Source of the DNA: Octopus bimaculoides
Taxonomy: Eukaryota
Direction of reading: 5' to 3'
Assembly: GCF_001194135.2 (NCBI RefSeq)
Contig: NC_068982.1
Location: 97,956,436 to 98,020,435 of the forward strand
Length of the DNA stretch: 64,000 nucleotides
The translations under genes were made by a program, and so were the position numbers. Below, in pieces: positions 13,911 to 29,100 of the stretch. Numbering within the stretch: position 1 is the stretch's first letter; every line of letters starts with the position of its first letter. Below the pieces are notes generated by a model. The model was not told the DNA's origin and did not search any database. It was given only the letters and a program-made list of their open reading frames with translations.

Positions 13911-14948
13911 NNNNNNNNNNNNNNNNNNNNNNNNNNNNNNNNNNNNNNNNNNNNNNNNNNNNNNNNNNNNNNNNNNNNNNNNNNNNNNNNNNNNNNNNNN
14001 NNNNNNNNNNNNNNNNNNNNNNNNNNNNNNNNNNNNNNNNNNNNNNNNNNNNNNNNNNNNNNNNNNNNNNNNNNNNNNNNNNNNNNNNNNNNNNNNNNNN
14101 NNNNNNNNNNNNNNNNNNNNNNNNNNNNNNNNNNNNNNNNNNNNNNNNNNNNNNNNNNNNNNNNNNNNNNNNNNNNNNNNNNNNNNNNNNNNNNNNNNNN
14201 NNNNNNNNNNNNNNNNNNNNNNNNNNNNNNNNNNNNNNNNNNNNNNNNNNNNNNNNNNNNNNNNNNNNNNNNNNNNNNNNNNNNNNNNNNNNNNNNNNNN
14301 NNNNNNNNNNNNNNNNNNNNNNNNNNNNNNNNNNNNNNNNNNNNNNNNNNNNNNNNNNNNNNNNNNNNNNNNNNNNNNNNNNNNNNNNNNNNNNNNNNNN
14401 NNNNNNNNNNNNNNNNNNNNNNNNNNNNNNNNNNNNNNNNNNNNNNNNNNNNNNNNNNNNNNNNNNNNNNNNNNNNNNNNNNNAAAAGACAAAAAGCTCT
14501 GAAGGTTTTTAGACATGTGGCGAAATCGGTTAAAAATCATATGCAAGGGGATGTTTGGTTTCCTTTTCTTTTTGTTTTTTAAATTGATATTGAGAGAGGA
14601 TATTATCATTTTTTCTTTTTGTTTTAAATATGAAGAGGTATGCTTTAATGCCTCTCTTTCCAATCCATTTGGTAGAATGCCAAAAAGCAAAACAAGAAAA
14701 GAGCAATAGAGAATGATGGCACACTTGAAATAATAACTTGCCAAACTTAGAAATAGCTGCATATGTATTAACTTGGAACCTTCTAATATACATTATATAT
14801 ATATATATATATATATATGATAAAGACAATGTTGGATTTCAATATTTTAATACCCAACTCACTGATTTAATAGTTTACTATGTACACTATAATTAATGTA
14901 AAAATAATTAGCATAGTATTAGTTATTAATAATAATAATTTCTTTGAC

Positions 14949-15082
14949 TAGGCACAAGGCCAATTTTGTAGGCAAGGGGAGGGGGTACACATAGTTAATT
15001 GAATCAATCCAATCAATTATTGTTACTTATATAATTGATCCCAGAATGATAAAAGGCAAAGTCGACCCAGGAGCTCAGAACA
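14949..15082 (-). mobile_element. SINE family A copy
   Basis: Plus strand shows ggcacaaggcc...gataaaaggcaaagtcgacccagg...ctcagaac, preceded by an (AAT)n tail. Confidence 0.75.
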
Positions 15083-15640
15083 GTGAGGCACTAAAATAAA
15101 GTTTTTTAGTGCAGTTCTCTACTGTCTCGACCTTCTCCAGCAATGATAATAATAAAAGCAAGAGAATCCAGAAAGGTAGATAATTAACAGAAGGCATCAT
15201 TAGATGGTGCATATAACAAGATATAATCAGAAATATTCAGACAACTACATGGAAATCTATTTTGATATTAACAAGATGGGAAAATTTTATGGTAAGCTGT
15301 ACTTGGCACAAAGCAGTCTTCTTTCAAAATGTAATGTGTGTGTGCATGAGAATGAATACATATTTATTTGAATATTCATGAGTGTACATGTGTCTATGAT
15401 ATTGTGTGTGCGTGCATGTGTGTCTGTGCGTGTGGCATCAAATCAAAGAGCCCAAAATCCCATAAACAACTCCCCGCCACTACTTTCCGTCAGTGAAATG
15501 TTTTAAAAAAAAAAAATCAATGCTATATTTTTTATTTCTCTGGGCAAATTTTTTTTGTTTTTTCAACCATGAATAAATTTTAATGTAATCTTAGGATATT
15601 TGAATCAAATGTTCAAAAATAACAAAAAAATATTATAATG

Positions 15641-15671
<31 letters not shown>

Positions 15672-15871
15672 GCTTTTAACATGAACAATCTCTATTATTA
15701 GCAATTTTCATCTTTTTAATTGGTCAACTAGCAGCAAAATGTGACATTTGATTTGATAATACCCCACAGCCCTAAATCTGTTTAAAATGTGCTTGATTTG
15801 AACCTAAGATTTAGAGATAATAAAATATTTAAATGAACAAAAATCTATAAAACCCTATAACACTGGTAATG

Positions 15872-15946
<75 letters not shown>

Positions 15947-17049
15947 CTAAATTGTTAGATATATACGCTTGTGAACTTCTAGACACTGCACCATTACCAT
16001 AGTTCTAAAGGCAGTATGTTACACCCCAAGTCATTTTATAAACGTACACAGCTCTAGTTACAAGAAAAACACTGCACATCTCAAATTTGAAAACTCAAGT
16101 GTATAAGTGTTACAGTATTTAAACGATTTGTTGTGGTGTTTATACCCTTCTCAAATGCAACAGTAGTTGAAGTACATTTTAATTTGGGACAAAGAAAAGT
16201 GCTACAACTTTAATCTCAAAACCAATTCTTTGTAAATTTGGCACAAGGCCACAAATTTCTCAGATATGAGAATACAGTTAATCGAACCCACCATCTACAA
16301 TATATCTTATTGATTGGATGAATGAAAGGAAATTTTGACACTAACAAAAGTCAAAGTAAAATCATAAATAACAAATTAAATTCTAATTTAGTTCTTCACT
16401 GTTCTAGCAAAACCTTTATATTGATACTATGAATAATTATTGTTTTAAATCAAGCACGATTCCTAATACATACACACACACAATACAATTATAAAAATGG
16501 ATGACAGCAGTTCAATCCATGCTACATATGTTTCAGTAGCAAGACATTTTATTAAGTATATGTGCATTATGTCGTAGGAAAATGCCTGCCACATCATCAA
16601 GTAAGAAACTGCCAAGATGACAAAAATTACAGTAAACTAATAGTCAATTGCTTGCTGGAAGCTACTGACCTAAGAGATATGACTGATGTGATTCTAACTG
16701 ATATATATGGAAATCCACTACCAGATGTGTACACACATACACAAACATATATATGTAATGTAATGGTAGTGATGGATCCATACTGTTCAATCAACAGTGC
16801 AACTTAAAATAACATAAGTATTCCATAGGCGTGTAATCAGAACATAATTTTTAGGCAAAATCAATAGGGCACAGTGTATAACAAGACTGTGCAGTTTGAA
16901 TTACAGGTATAATAGGCTTCTATAGTTTCTCACAACTCAGTCACTAGCAAAGTATGAGTCAACTCAAAGCTATAGAAAATGAAACTTGACAAAGATGTTA
17001 CACAGTGGGAAAAAAACCAAGACCCTATAGTTGTTTGCACAGAAATTCA

Positions 17050-17060
17050 TCTTTCAGTGC

Positions 17061-17095
<35 letters not shown>

Positions 17096-18540
17096 TATCT
17101 ATATAAATATATACATCTATCTAAATATATATTTCTATATATATACCTATATATATATATATCCATATAAGTGTATCTATATAAATATCTATATATATAA
17201 ATCTATATGTATAGATGTATATAAATATCTATATATATATATATATAAATATATGTATCTATATATAAATATGTATATTTATATATATATATATGTATGT
17301 ATATTTATATATATATTCATATTTATATATATATATATGTGTGTGTGCGTGTGTGTATTTAAATACATACATATATACGTTTGCATTTGTATCTGTGTAA
17401 CATTTCTCCATTTTTTCTGTCCTTGTTTTTGTATACATTCGCTGCTTTCTTTCAAGGAATCTAGTGCTTTTAGCATAGATTTTCCTTGGGACTGGCCAGA
17501 TTGGTGCAGTCTCTATTATAACAAGCCTAAACTGCAAAGATAATCTGGAACTCGGCTGACGAAAGAAATCTACGAATGACCCATCCTTGTTGCATCAGCT
17601 GTCTGGATGTCTTGTTGCCTGCTGTGTTCGTGTCCCATTTTTTGGTATTATTTTATATATATATAAATATGTGTGTATATATAATATATATATATATATG
17701 TATATATATTTATGTATAAATATATACATATAAATGTGTGTATAAATATATATATATTTATATAAAAACATATAAATATGTATATAAATATATATATATT
17801 TATATAAAAACATATAAATATGTATATATATTTACATAAAAATATACATATTTATATATAAATATATATGTATACATATATATTTACATAAATATACATA
17901 TATATTTATATATAAATATATATTTACATAAATATACATATATATTTATATATAAATATATATTTACATAAAAATGCATATATATATATATATGAATATA
18001 TTTATAGATAAAGATATATATATATTTATGCATATATATATATATTAATATATATACTTATATATATTTATGTATATACATATATATTAATATATATTTA
18101 TATATATACATATATATATATAGTAATATGTATACATATTTATATTTATAAATATATATTTATATATATATTTATGTATTAGTATATATTTACATGTATA
18201 TATATATATATTTATGTATTAGTATATATTTACATGTATATATATATATATTAATGTATTAATATATATATTTATATGTATATCTATTTATGTATTTATA
18301 TATATTTATATGTATACATATTTATGTATTAATATATATGTGTATATTTATATGTATATATATATATCTATAAATAAATATAAATATATTAATATATATA
18401 TCTATACATTAATATATGTATGTATATATAGTTATATATATATATATTTATAAATAAATATATATAAATGTCTATTCATATATCAATATATATATATATT
18501 CATATATAAATATATATACATATTTATAAATATATAATGT
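17050..18540. repeat. Long degenerate (TA)n low-complexity block with higher-order 35-40 bp duplications
   Basis: Nearly pure A/T, with repeated units such as tataaatatatatatttatataaaaacatataaatatg (twice, 17741-17830) and atatatttacataaatatacatatatatttatatataaat (about three times, 17880-17970). Confidence 0.9.
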
Positions 18541-19909
18541 GTATGTGTGTATAGTAGAAGAGTTTGTGATGTGTTCATTATGCACTAAACTGGTTTAAAA
18601 TAGAAACAAAGAAAGTCTGCAATGTTACAGAGAAACTGGCCCAGAGGGTAGAATCAAACCAAAAAGATTGTCACAACCAGGCGTTGACTAAAGAATCTAT
18701 ATAATTGCAGATAGAGATAAACTGAAGCAGAGTCAAAGTACCAGAATTTGAAAAGCAAACAATTTCAAATAATAGTTCCTTAAACCACAGTGTACTGTAG
18801 TTGAAGAGTTTGTTTTAAGTTGGACCTCTAAACAGATGCCAGTCTTTATGTTTTAGATAAAATTGTCCTTCTTTCTTTAGTAGTAACTATTGTCTGAGCA
18901 CTGCATCATAACATCTTCTGTCAGGGAGTGCACAATCCTCAGTAGGGGGGAGGGGCACCGGGAATTTGAAACAGTAACCGTTACAGTCACAGATCAGAGG
19001 CTCCACAAGAAGTATTCAATATCCGATGCCATACACTTAAGTAATGTAATGCAAATTTTGTCTCAGAAAATTAACTGTCAAAATTACATCAAAGACATGA
19101 TTCCATAAGGAAATAAGAACATAAAAACAAAACAAAAGAAAAAAACGGTTATATAACTCATTTACTATGAAATAAAATGAAAAACCAAAATAAGATATGA
19201 ATTATTATTTTTGAAATTAAAGAAACAGAAAGGTATATGGAAAATATAACAAAAGAAAAGAATAAATAAAATTTAGGTAAACAAAGATTTGTGAAGTAAT
19301 TTTAAGTGATAATAATAACAGTGGAAAATAAATGGAATTTGGATCTAGTCTATATAGGAATTCTTTTTTTTATTTTTTGTTTTAAAAGGAAGGAAAATGA
19401 ATGTAGATGGTAGGAGAGTATTAGTTGAAACTAATATAGGCTACCCGCATTAAAGTGGCCAATTTATCTGTTAATGTTTATTAAACACAGACTTCCATTC
19501 CAAGTGGAAGATTTTGGTCCAGTTACTGACTAAATCAGTAAAAATAACAGTTTTAAGCATCAATAATAAAATGGCAAAAAAAAAAAATTAAATTAAAAAT
19601 TAATGAAACAATTTTCAAAAAAAAAGGTTTGAACTATAAAATCAAAAGAAAGAACTAAGTTTAAAATATGAAAAATAATCAAAACCAATATTGAATAATT
19701 TTTACTTCATTTTCTCATTTTTTACATTTTTTTACCATTTTTTTTGTATTTTTTTTTCTTTTTGGTAAACCTCAAATAGCAGCAGATACACCACTTGACA
19801 GAATAAAATAACAAAAACAATTTCTTTCTTTTAATGAAATTTTGACAAAACAGCCAAAAGAAACAAATTTTTAGAATAATAATGATAATTACAAATAATA
19901 ATGATGAGG

Positions 19910-19948
<39 letters not shown>

Positions 19949-20807
19949 GAGATGATAAAACAAAAAATACTGATATATTTCAAATGTGAAAAATACCAAT
20001 TTTAAATATTACTGAGAAATTTTCAAATTTATAAAATTCTTGACAAAATTGCTAGCATAGAAAAAAGTCACAGAGGATAAAAAAAAAAAACAAAGAAAAA
20101 ACATTGAAATAAAAAAAAAAAACTATGCATGTATAACATGTATGCACGTATATGTGATTCTGTTTATGTATACGTGTATAATGAGTCTGTGTTATCTGAC
20201 CAGAATAGCTTTAATTTTTGTCTTTTCTTTTTGTTTTTGTTGTTTTTTTCTATTTGAAGCATAAACTTATCTTAAATCTTTTAATACCTGTCCCCTTTAA
20301 ATCCATCACTAATCAGTGTTACCTTACCTTAGTGGATTGTTCTGGATGAATTTCTATTTAGGGATAGCAGGATCATTAATGATAATTAGTTTATATTATT
20401 ATAGCTGCATATAAAAACAAAATATTAATTATATATTTGGTCTAAGCATCTTAACAAAATGAATAAAGCAATTAAAAATTTCAACTAGTAGGTTTTTTTT
20501 TTCCTGTTTAAGTGTCTTGCACACAATAGTATGCATATACACAAAAAAACAAAAAAAAAATCGAAATAAATTAAGTTTTTAAAATTCGGTTTATTTATTA
20601 TTTTTCTTTTTTTGTATTTTCATTTTTTTAAAAAACTCAAATACAACTTCAAAAATGGAGCAAAAGAAAGAAAAAAAAAATAAAATCCTTAAATATCAAA
20701 GGTAAGATACCATTTGATAGACTAATGTTATACATGTTATACAATTGGTATGTGTATAAGATTGTATATATATATATATATATATATACATGCACACCAC
20801 ACATACC

Positions 20808-20854
<47 letters not shown>

Positions 20855-21197
20855 TTACACACACACACACACACACATATACACGCATATAGCTGATACA
20901 TCAAATGTTAAAACACTGATGCATCATTAAGTCGATTGTCTCTTTATAGCTAGTTTTAGTTTATTTATTTGTTTATTTATTGATCCGATAAACAGATGAA
21001 ACCAGAAAACATACTGGAATTAAAATATGGAAAGAAAACATTCTCAAAGATAAGCAATAACATTTGATCACTAATAAGGCTCTACATTAAACACAACCAA
21101 AGGGATTAGAAAAAGGAGTTATGATGAGTATGATGATGAAGCTAGGTGATGATTATGATAATAATGATAGCAATACTAATAATATTAATTCCTATCA

Positions 21198-21325
21198 TAG
21201 GGATCAAGGCCAGAAAATTTTAAAGGGCTGTTGGGGCACAGAAGAGGACATTGCAGTTTATTTAACTGCTACCTTATTTTGGTCAACCTTGGAAGGATGA
21301 AATGGGCTAAGGTTGACCCTGACTT
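21198..21325 (-). mobile_element. SINE family A copy (diverged)
   Basis: caaggccagaaaatttt...ggaaggatgaaatgggctaaggttgaccc on the plus strand. Confidence 0.6.
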
Positions 21326-22984
21326 CTAACATGTCTTGAAACTCAAAAAAAAAAAAAAAAGAAAAAAGATGATAGGTAACAAAATACCAAGAAGTATTTT
21401 GTTCACTTTTTCTTTAAATTTTACCATACTACCACCAGCCTTACTAGTAGTAATAATAATGGTAATGATGATGATATGAGAATACAACAACAATACATAT
21501 GTGTGCATATATATATATAGATATACTTTAGATCTTGGACATATACAGAGGAAAAGAAAAAAAAGAAACAAAAGAATGCAACGACTATAAATTTGTCTAT
21601 GTACAGTATTCTTTTTTTCTGAAAATACATGCAGTTTCAGTTACATATGCATGTATACAAATGAACATAGTTTTCACATATACATACAGCTAACAATTAC
21701 AAGCATGCATATATCATGCCATATACACTAGTATTATATAAATATAGCTGAGTATGCATGTATATTGTATGCACTAATTTTAAACCAACATATAAGAACT
21801 GCAAGCATTTAAGGTTTTTATTTTCCTTCACTTGTTATTTAATATATGCAATTTGTAGGCTTGCATTGGTTTTTTTTAAAGAGTTATTACATTATTATTA
21901 TTATTATTATTATTATTTTATACTGCTATCAAATTTTCATATGTTAGCTTCACTTAAAACTATCAGACACTTTTCAACTGTGGAAAATAAACAGTATTTA
22001 AAGGTTTATAACTTTGCCCTGGAGCACCAGTTTTAAAATTTTCCAGCTTCATAAAAAAAATGTTTAAAAAAAACAAAAAAAAAACAACATACATAAATAT
22101 ACAGCAATAGGTAACAGTAAATAACTAGATATGTATTTGAAGGACTGGACTCAGTCATTTTTTTTTTTTTCAATTTTTAAAATTTTCCTTAAGACTGCAG
22201 ATATAAGAGACTGTCGGAAGAAACTTGATGCCCAAATATCTGTAATAATGAAACTGAATTTCATAATAATAATAATAATAATGATAAGATTAAAATAATA
22301 TTAATCTCCTTCGTATCATTCCAGTTTTAGTAAAAGTACTGCTAAAGCAAGTACAATGATGATGATAATAATAATAATAATAATAATAATGATAATAAAT
22401 TTGAAATAAATTCTTCAAAATTTACATGTAGAATTCAGTTTCCAATGTTAAATGTATAATGATTTTTAAAATTCATGTTGATTTAAATATATGACTGGTA
22501 ACATTAAAGAGGAATGCAATTTCTGCTCATTGCATACCTGGATGAAGGTTTTCTAAATGAAATTAGCTAACATAAACATGTGCCCACATCGTTTTGTTTT
22601 AAGTAAATGCAATCAATGGACCCATAGATATATAATTAATCATTCAAATTTTAACATTTGTTTTTGGAAATGTTTTGATAAATGCAAGTAAACCACTGAA
22701 TAGTGTATAAAGTTTTACAATCATTAATAAAAGACAAAAAAAAAAAAAAAAAAAAAAAAAAAATGATTTATGAACAAAAAGATCAAACTGGAAACAAGAT
22801 TCTTTGCAGATTAATATTACTGACGATTGTGTATAGTAATACTTTCAGGTTAACATAAATGACACATTAAATGGGAGGAAATATTAATTTATATTGTTTA
22901 AAATGGAGCCCTTTGAAGGGTAATAAAGACATATCAAGTTCATTAGGAGACAAAGATAAAAAAAGGAATATTACACATATATAC

Positions 22985-23023
<39 letters not shown>

Positions 23024-23253
23024 AATACATATATATGTATATATATATTTACACACACACATATATATATATATATGTATGTATAAAATTGGTTATGTGT
23101 AGTCTTTACAAGGACTGGCAGGAAACAAAACAAAACAAAAAAAAAACAAACATTGCCATTTCCTGTTCTTGAACAAGATAATGGTGATGACGACAACAAT
23201 GATGATGATGGTGACGAGGAGGAGGATAGTGATGATGATGATTGTTTGTAACA

Positions 23254-24060
23254 TAGGCACACGGCCAGAAATTTGCTGGGGAAGGTAAAAGTCGACCAGT
23301 AATTTATTTTTATCAACCCCAGAGAGATAAGAGACAAATTTGACCTTGGTGGGATTTGAAGAGAGAACATAAGGGATTGAGCTACATAATACTTTCTAAT
23401 ACACTATATGCAATGTAATATAACTATATATATATATATAATTATTGTGTGGCATGTATGTATGTGTGTTTATATATCTCATTATTTCATAGGTACAAGG
23501 CCAGCAGCTTATGTGACAAGGAGTGGGGGGGGGGGTAAGTTGATTACAACTACCTCAGTACATGACTGGTACTTAATTTCATTGACCACAGAAAAATTAA
23601 AGGCAAAGTTGAGATTTTGAACTGTAACTATTCTGCTGGTACAAAGTCATAAATTTTATTTAATAGAGGCATGCAGTCCATCTAATCCCAGTCATTTCCC
23701 TCACATTATATAATGTATATAGAACTGAAACCCTATGTTATTGAGCCCCAAAGAGATGGAAGGCAGTTGACCATGGCTGTGATCTGAACACGGAATGCAA
23801 AGGAATAAAAACTAACTACTACAAAACATTCCATTTGGTGCTCTGTTGATTCTGCTATTAAACTTCTCTTCACGATAATAACAGTAATCATAATTAAGAT
23901 GATTTCTACCATGAGCACAACAAGGCTACACATATCTAAAGGTTGAGGGTACAGTCAATAACATTGACGCCCAGCTGGTACTTCTTTTATCAACTACAGA
24001 AGGGATGAAAGGCAAAGTCAACCGTGGTGGGACTATCAGAATATAAAGGGACTTAGCTTA
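23254..24060 (-). mobile_element. Three SINE family A copies (about 23254-23360, 23491-23622, 23960-24060)
   Basis: Repeated diagnostic motifs ggcacaaggcc / ctggtactt...ttatcaac / gaaaggcaaagtc on the plus strand. Confidence 0.75.
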
Positions 24061-24644
24061 AAATACAGCCTGGAGTTCTACTAATTCTGCTTCCAAATGA
24101 AACAATGATGGTAATGGTGATCTATTTAAATGTAGGTTGAGTCAGATAGGTTACCATCATCAGAGTCAACTTATATTCAAGGGATGCTGCAGGACCTCTT
24201 CAAATATAACTCCGACCACAGCGACCCCCCCCCCACAACCCATGATGATGATGACAATGATAATGGCGGTGCTAGTGGTGATGATGATGATGNNNNNNNN
24301 NNNNNNNNNNNNNNNNNNNNNNNNNNNNNNNNNNNNNNNNNNNNNNNNNNNNNNNNNNNNNNNNNNNNNNNNNNNNNNNNNNNNNNNNNNNNNNNNNNNN
24401 NNNNNNNNNNNNNNNNNNNNNNNNNNNNNNNNNNNNNNNNNNNNNNNNNNNNNNNNNNNNNNNNNNNNNNNNNNNNNNNNNNNNNNNNNNNNNNNNNNNN
24501 NNNNNNNNNNNNNNNNNNNNNNNNNNNNNNNNNNNNNNNNNNNNNNNNNNNNNNNNNNNNNNNNNNNNNNNNNNNNNNNNNNNNNNNNNNNNNNNNNNNN
24601 NNNNNNNNNNNNNNNNNNNTATATATATATATACACACATACAT

Positions 24645-24688
<44 letters not shown>

Positions 24689-25224
24689 CCCAAAATATAA
24701 TTACAATACCAAATATGAGATGCCGTCAACTATTATTGTCAAGTAACAGAACTAACCAACCAATTCTGGAAACACCTACTTCTTACAGATGGTTAACCAG
24801 TAAGAGTTAAAGACACTTATTGCCAAATGTGGTTTAATTAACAATATTTATGGACATTTAATTTAAAATATCTCAAAACATTGAACAAAGACATTTAATA
24901 TCAAATGTAATTTAAACAAACCAACAGTATTTTTCATGTTTTCATCTACTTAACCATAACAGCTAATGTAGGTCTTGTTGCTGTTGTCATTAAGCCCCAG
25001 GTCAGCCCATATCGAACAGACCCTATGATCAGCAGCATTCTAAATTTGAACATGCTATCCTTTTGTAGGACTTTAATTAAGATGGTAGGAAGTGATTTGG
25101 GAGATCTCACCTGCTATTTCTAGGAGGTCAAGTGATAGCAAAGAAGCTTCTCCATTGGCTTGTGATAGTGAATGCAATTCAGATGGAGAAGTAGGCAACA
25201 ACTACAAAAGTTTATAATGAAAAT

Positions 25225-25263
<39 letters not shown>

Positions 25264-26058
25264 CATACACACCCAACTGCCCACCAACCCACACACACGT
25301 GTATATATATATATATACATATATATAATTATACATAGATATACATGCTTGAAGAGAGTTATTCAACTACTTTTTACAGGATTGTTAAATTTTGGAACCA
25401 AATCTTCATTTAAAAAACTTCCAGTTCTTTGCAATATGGAAAATTGTGGATAAGAAATATACAAATATTTATACATATACATAAATACATGTAGATTGTT
25501 GTGCATATACTGTATGTAGGATGGTATGTGTGTGTGTATAAATATATATAAAATGTCATCATATCTTCATATATGTCGACTTGTCTGTAAATATCAATCA
25601 GGAAAAGCCTTATCATATAAATAGACTAAAATGGACCAAAATGGAAGATGATAAGAAATGGTGCACAAAGGATATTACTTTCAGCAGTTAGAACAACATC
25701 ACCGAACAAATTTTATACACAAATACATGCATACTCAAACAAACCTGGTCGCAGTCATGCGATCACAACATATGCACACGCAACACTGTATAATATAAAA
25801 ATTTGTTTTTATCAATCAAGAACAAATTTAGTTTTTTTTTTTCAAATTTTGTTTTTAAGAAAAAGGAAAAAGAATATTTGCGGAAACAACATACAAGGTA
25901 AAATGATAATGGCTAATGACACACATTGATGTAAATGTAGAAATATTGAATATTGGGCTTCATGTTAATTTTGATCAGATATACATACATATATGTACTT
26001 ATATGTGTCTGTGTGTGTGAGTGTGTGTGTATATATATATATATTGATTTCAAATTTT

Positions 26059-26258
26059 GGCACAAGGCCAGCAATTTCGGGTGGGGGGTTAAGTCGATTA
26101 CATCGACCCCAGTTTTCAGCTGGAACTTATTTTATCGACCCACAAAAGGATGAAAGGCAAAGTGGACCTTGGCAGAATTTGAACTCAGAGAGTAACAATG
26201 GGCAAAACGCTTAGTAACATTATGCCTAGCATGGTAACAATTCTGTCAGCTCACTGCC
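26059..26258 (-). mobile_element. tRNA-derived SINE, family A, near full length
   Basis: Minus strand reads ggcagtgagctgacagaattgtta... (A-box region), ctgagttcaaattctgccaaggtccactttgcctttcatcc (B box and body), ...ggccttgtgcc. Best-preserved copy of the family in the window. Confidence 0.88.
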
Positions 26259-26665
26259 TTTATGTAAGTTGCATATATAATGTACATATGTATATATATA
26301 CATACACACATATATAATTAGGGAAATTTTTCTTTTTTTTTTTTTAATTTCTTTAAGACAATTTAAATGAAAAGTGAAATGAGAATATAAAGTAACAAGA
26401 GTAAATGAACTTTTTAGCAGAATTGCAGGGGGAAGACATTTTTTTTTTTTCTGGCAGAAAATATATCCATACAAAACACAACCATCCAAATGTTAACACA
26501 GTAAAAAAATAGCGGTTCTCAACAGGTGCAATGATCGCTTAAAGCTTTCAAAGAGCTACTGGAATATTGATTTCGAATAATTTCAAAAATGTGAAAGAAA
26601 AAAATTTGTCACAAAACTTATGTGTATGGATGTGTGTATATACATATTTACACACACACACATAC

Positions 26666-26708
<43 letters not shown>

Positions 26709-27388
26709 TACGTAAACACCCATGTATATATCTACATAATGTACACAAATATATATTTATGCATGTATATCTAGATAGAGATACACACACAATTGCATGT
26801 ACAAACATATTTGGGCATGTGTGCGTATACATAGGTATGTGTGCAAATGTTTGTGTGTATGTGTACATATATATATACATATATAGATATAAACATACAC
26901 ACATATATATTGGACAGCTTTTGAAATGAAGTTGACATATCAAAAATGACATTAAGGTCAGTAGATAAGTGAAAGTTAATAACAAAGCTAGATATTTAAT
27001 AACCAGTTTATATAATTTACAGTTTAGTTTCAGCATTTTTAGATTTTTTGATAATAATAATAATAATAGTAATAATCATAATAATGATAATCTTTTTTAA
27101 TCTTTTCCTTATTTGTTGAGAAAATAACTTAAAAAAATAAAAAAATTATGGCAAAATATAAATTTTTAAGATGAGAATATTGAATGATATACAGAAAAAT
27201 ATGATCCGATAAATGTTTGGAAAATACCTATCTGTGGAAAAAGTGGCACAGCTATATAATGACGCAAAGGAAATTTGAAAATATAAATGGCAAATGTCAA
27301 TTATAATATATATATACACATATACTCTTATATGTATATATACATACATATACATATATACACACAGAGACATATATAATATAGATGC

Positions 27389-27450
<62 letters not shown>

Positions 27451-27894
27451 NNNNNNNNNNNNNNNNNNNNNNNNNNNNNNNNNNNNNNNNNNNNNNNNNN
27501 NNNNNNNNNNNNNNNNNNNNNNNNNNNNNNNNNNNNNNNNNNNNNNNNNNNNNNNNNNNNNNNNNNNNNNNNNNNNNNNNNNNNNNNNNNNNNNNNNNNN
27601 NNNNNNNNNNNNNNNNNNNNNNNNNNNNNNNNNNNNNNNNNNNNNNNNNNNNNNNNNNNNNNNNNNNNNNNNNNNNNNNNNNNNNNNNNNNNNNNNNNNN
27701 NNNNNNNNNNNNNNNNNNNNNNNNNNNNNNNNNNNNNNNNNNNNNNNNNNNNNNNNNNNNNNNNNNNNNNNNNNNNNNNNNNNNNNNNNNNNNNNNNNNN
27801 NNNNNNNNNNNNNNNNNNNNNNNNNNNNNNNNNNNNNNNNNNNNNNNNNNNNNNNNNNNNNNNNNNNNNNNNNNNNNNNNNNNNNNNNNNNNNN

Positions 27895-27931
<37 letters not shown>

Positions 27932-27972
27932 CACATATGCATATATATACATACATATATATATATAAATAT

Positions 27973-28005
<33 letters not shown>

Positions 28006-28210
28006 TATGTATATGTATTGTAAACTACATGATCGGATGTTCAATAGATTTTGTACAGAGTTGTAAACCAAGAACCAGAACATTATAATTTAAAGTTACA
28101 GAACCTAATGGTTTCTTTGTTTTAAAGAATGAGCAACTGAGCTGGTATTGACGCCTTATCAAAAGGCAAAAGTAGCAAAGTAATTTTCTCACCAGGAACC
28201 AGTTAATGAA

Positions 28211-28630
28211 TTAATGTACATCACAGACTGAACTCGCTGATGATTGTACTTCTACTGTCTGACTCTCATCTTCAAATTGTTCAATTGCTTTCTCTTCTTT
28301 TTCTTTCTTAAATGGCAGGTATTCAGGTCTCATGCTTTATAAGGAAGTGGTCAGAGGAGTTGGATTGAAATGTTGAGACACGGTCATGTCTTTTGTCAAG
28401 AACAAGTAGTATCTATGAAGTTTAATAATGGCCATCACAGTATATAAGACACATTCTGCTTGAGAGGTTGATAGAACTTTACATGTCAGGAATTGAATGA
28501 CCATTTGTTAAAAGTTTAAGAAATCATTATAAGCTTCAAATGTAGTTTGCTGATAACTCCAAGATTCTACCAAACTAAATCTTTCATAATTTTTTTTTTC
28601 CGTTCTTTTTTGTGCATCTGTTCTTTCTAT
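28211..28630 (-). pseudogene. Decayed coding relic, probably the C-terminal dimerisation region of a hAT transposase
   Basis: 140-codon minus-strand frame with only two internal TAA stops (28508-28510, 28337-28339). Peptide ...ESWSYQQTTF...QFLTCKVLSTSQAECVLYTVMAIIKLHRYYL... resembles the hAT motif W....FP.L...A..FL..P.TS..SERVFST...II...R..L. The family assignment is pattern recognition only. Confidence 0.4.
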
Positions 28631-29037
28631 TTATTTTGGTTTGAATAAATTTCTAAGAAAATTCTTCAGAGGGATATTTTTTTAAATTATTTGTCTCACT
28701 TCAGTGCATAATAAAACTTATATAAGACAACACAATCATACAGACATACATTTGTGTTTCTATGTATGCATGTGAGTTTGTGTGATTGAATTATAAAGAG
28801 AAAAAAGACAGCAATTTGGATAGGTGGGTATGTAGAAGAGCAACATCTAGTGAAATTACCAGCCACATTGGTGCAGTGTAGAAAAAAAATGCATAACAAG
28901 ATAAATAGTTGGGGTGCAATGTCAAAATTGAAATGGGAAATTAATAAATTTAACATGTTAAGAGAAATGGAAAATATCAAGAAACAAAACAAAGAAACAA
29001 TAGAAAAATAACCAATGAACAGTTGAACCAAACACAT

Positions 29038-29100
<63 letters not shown>

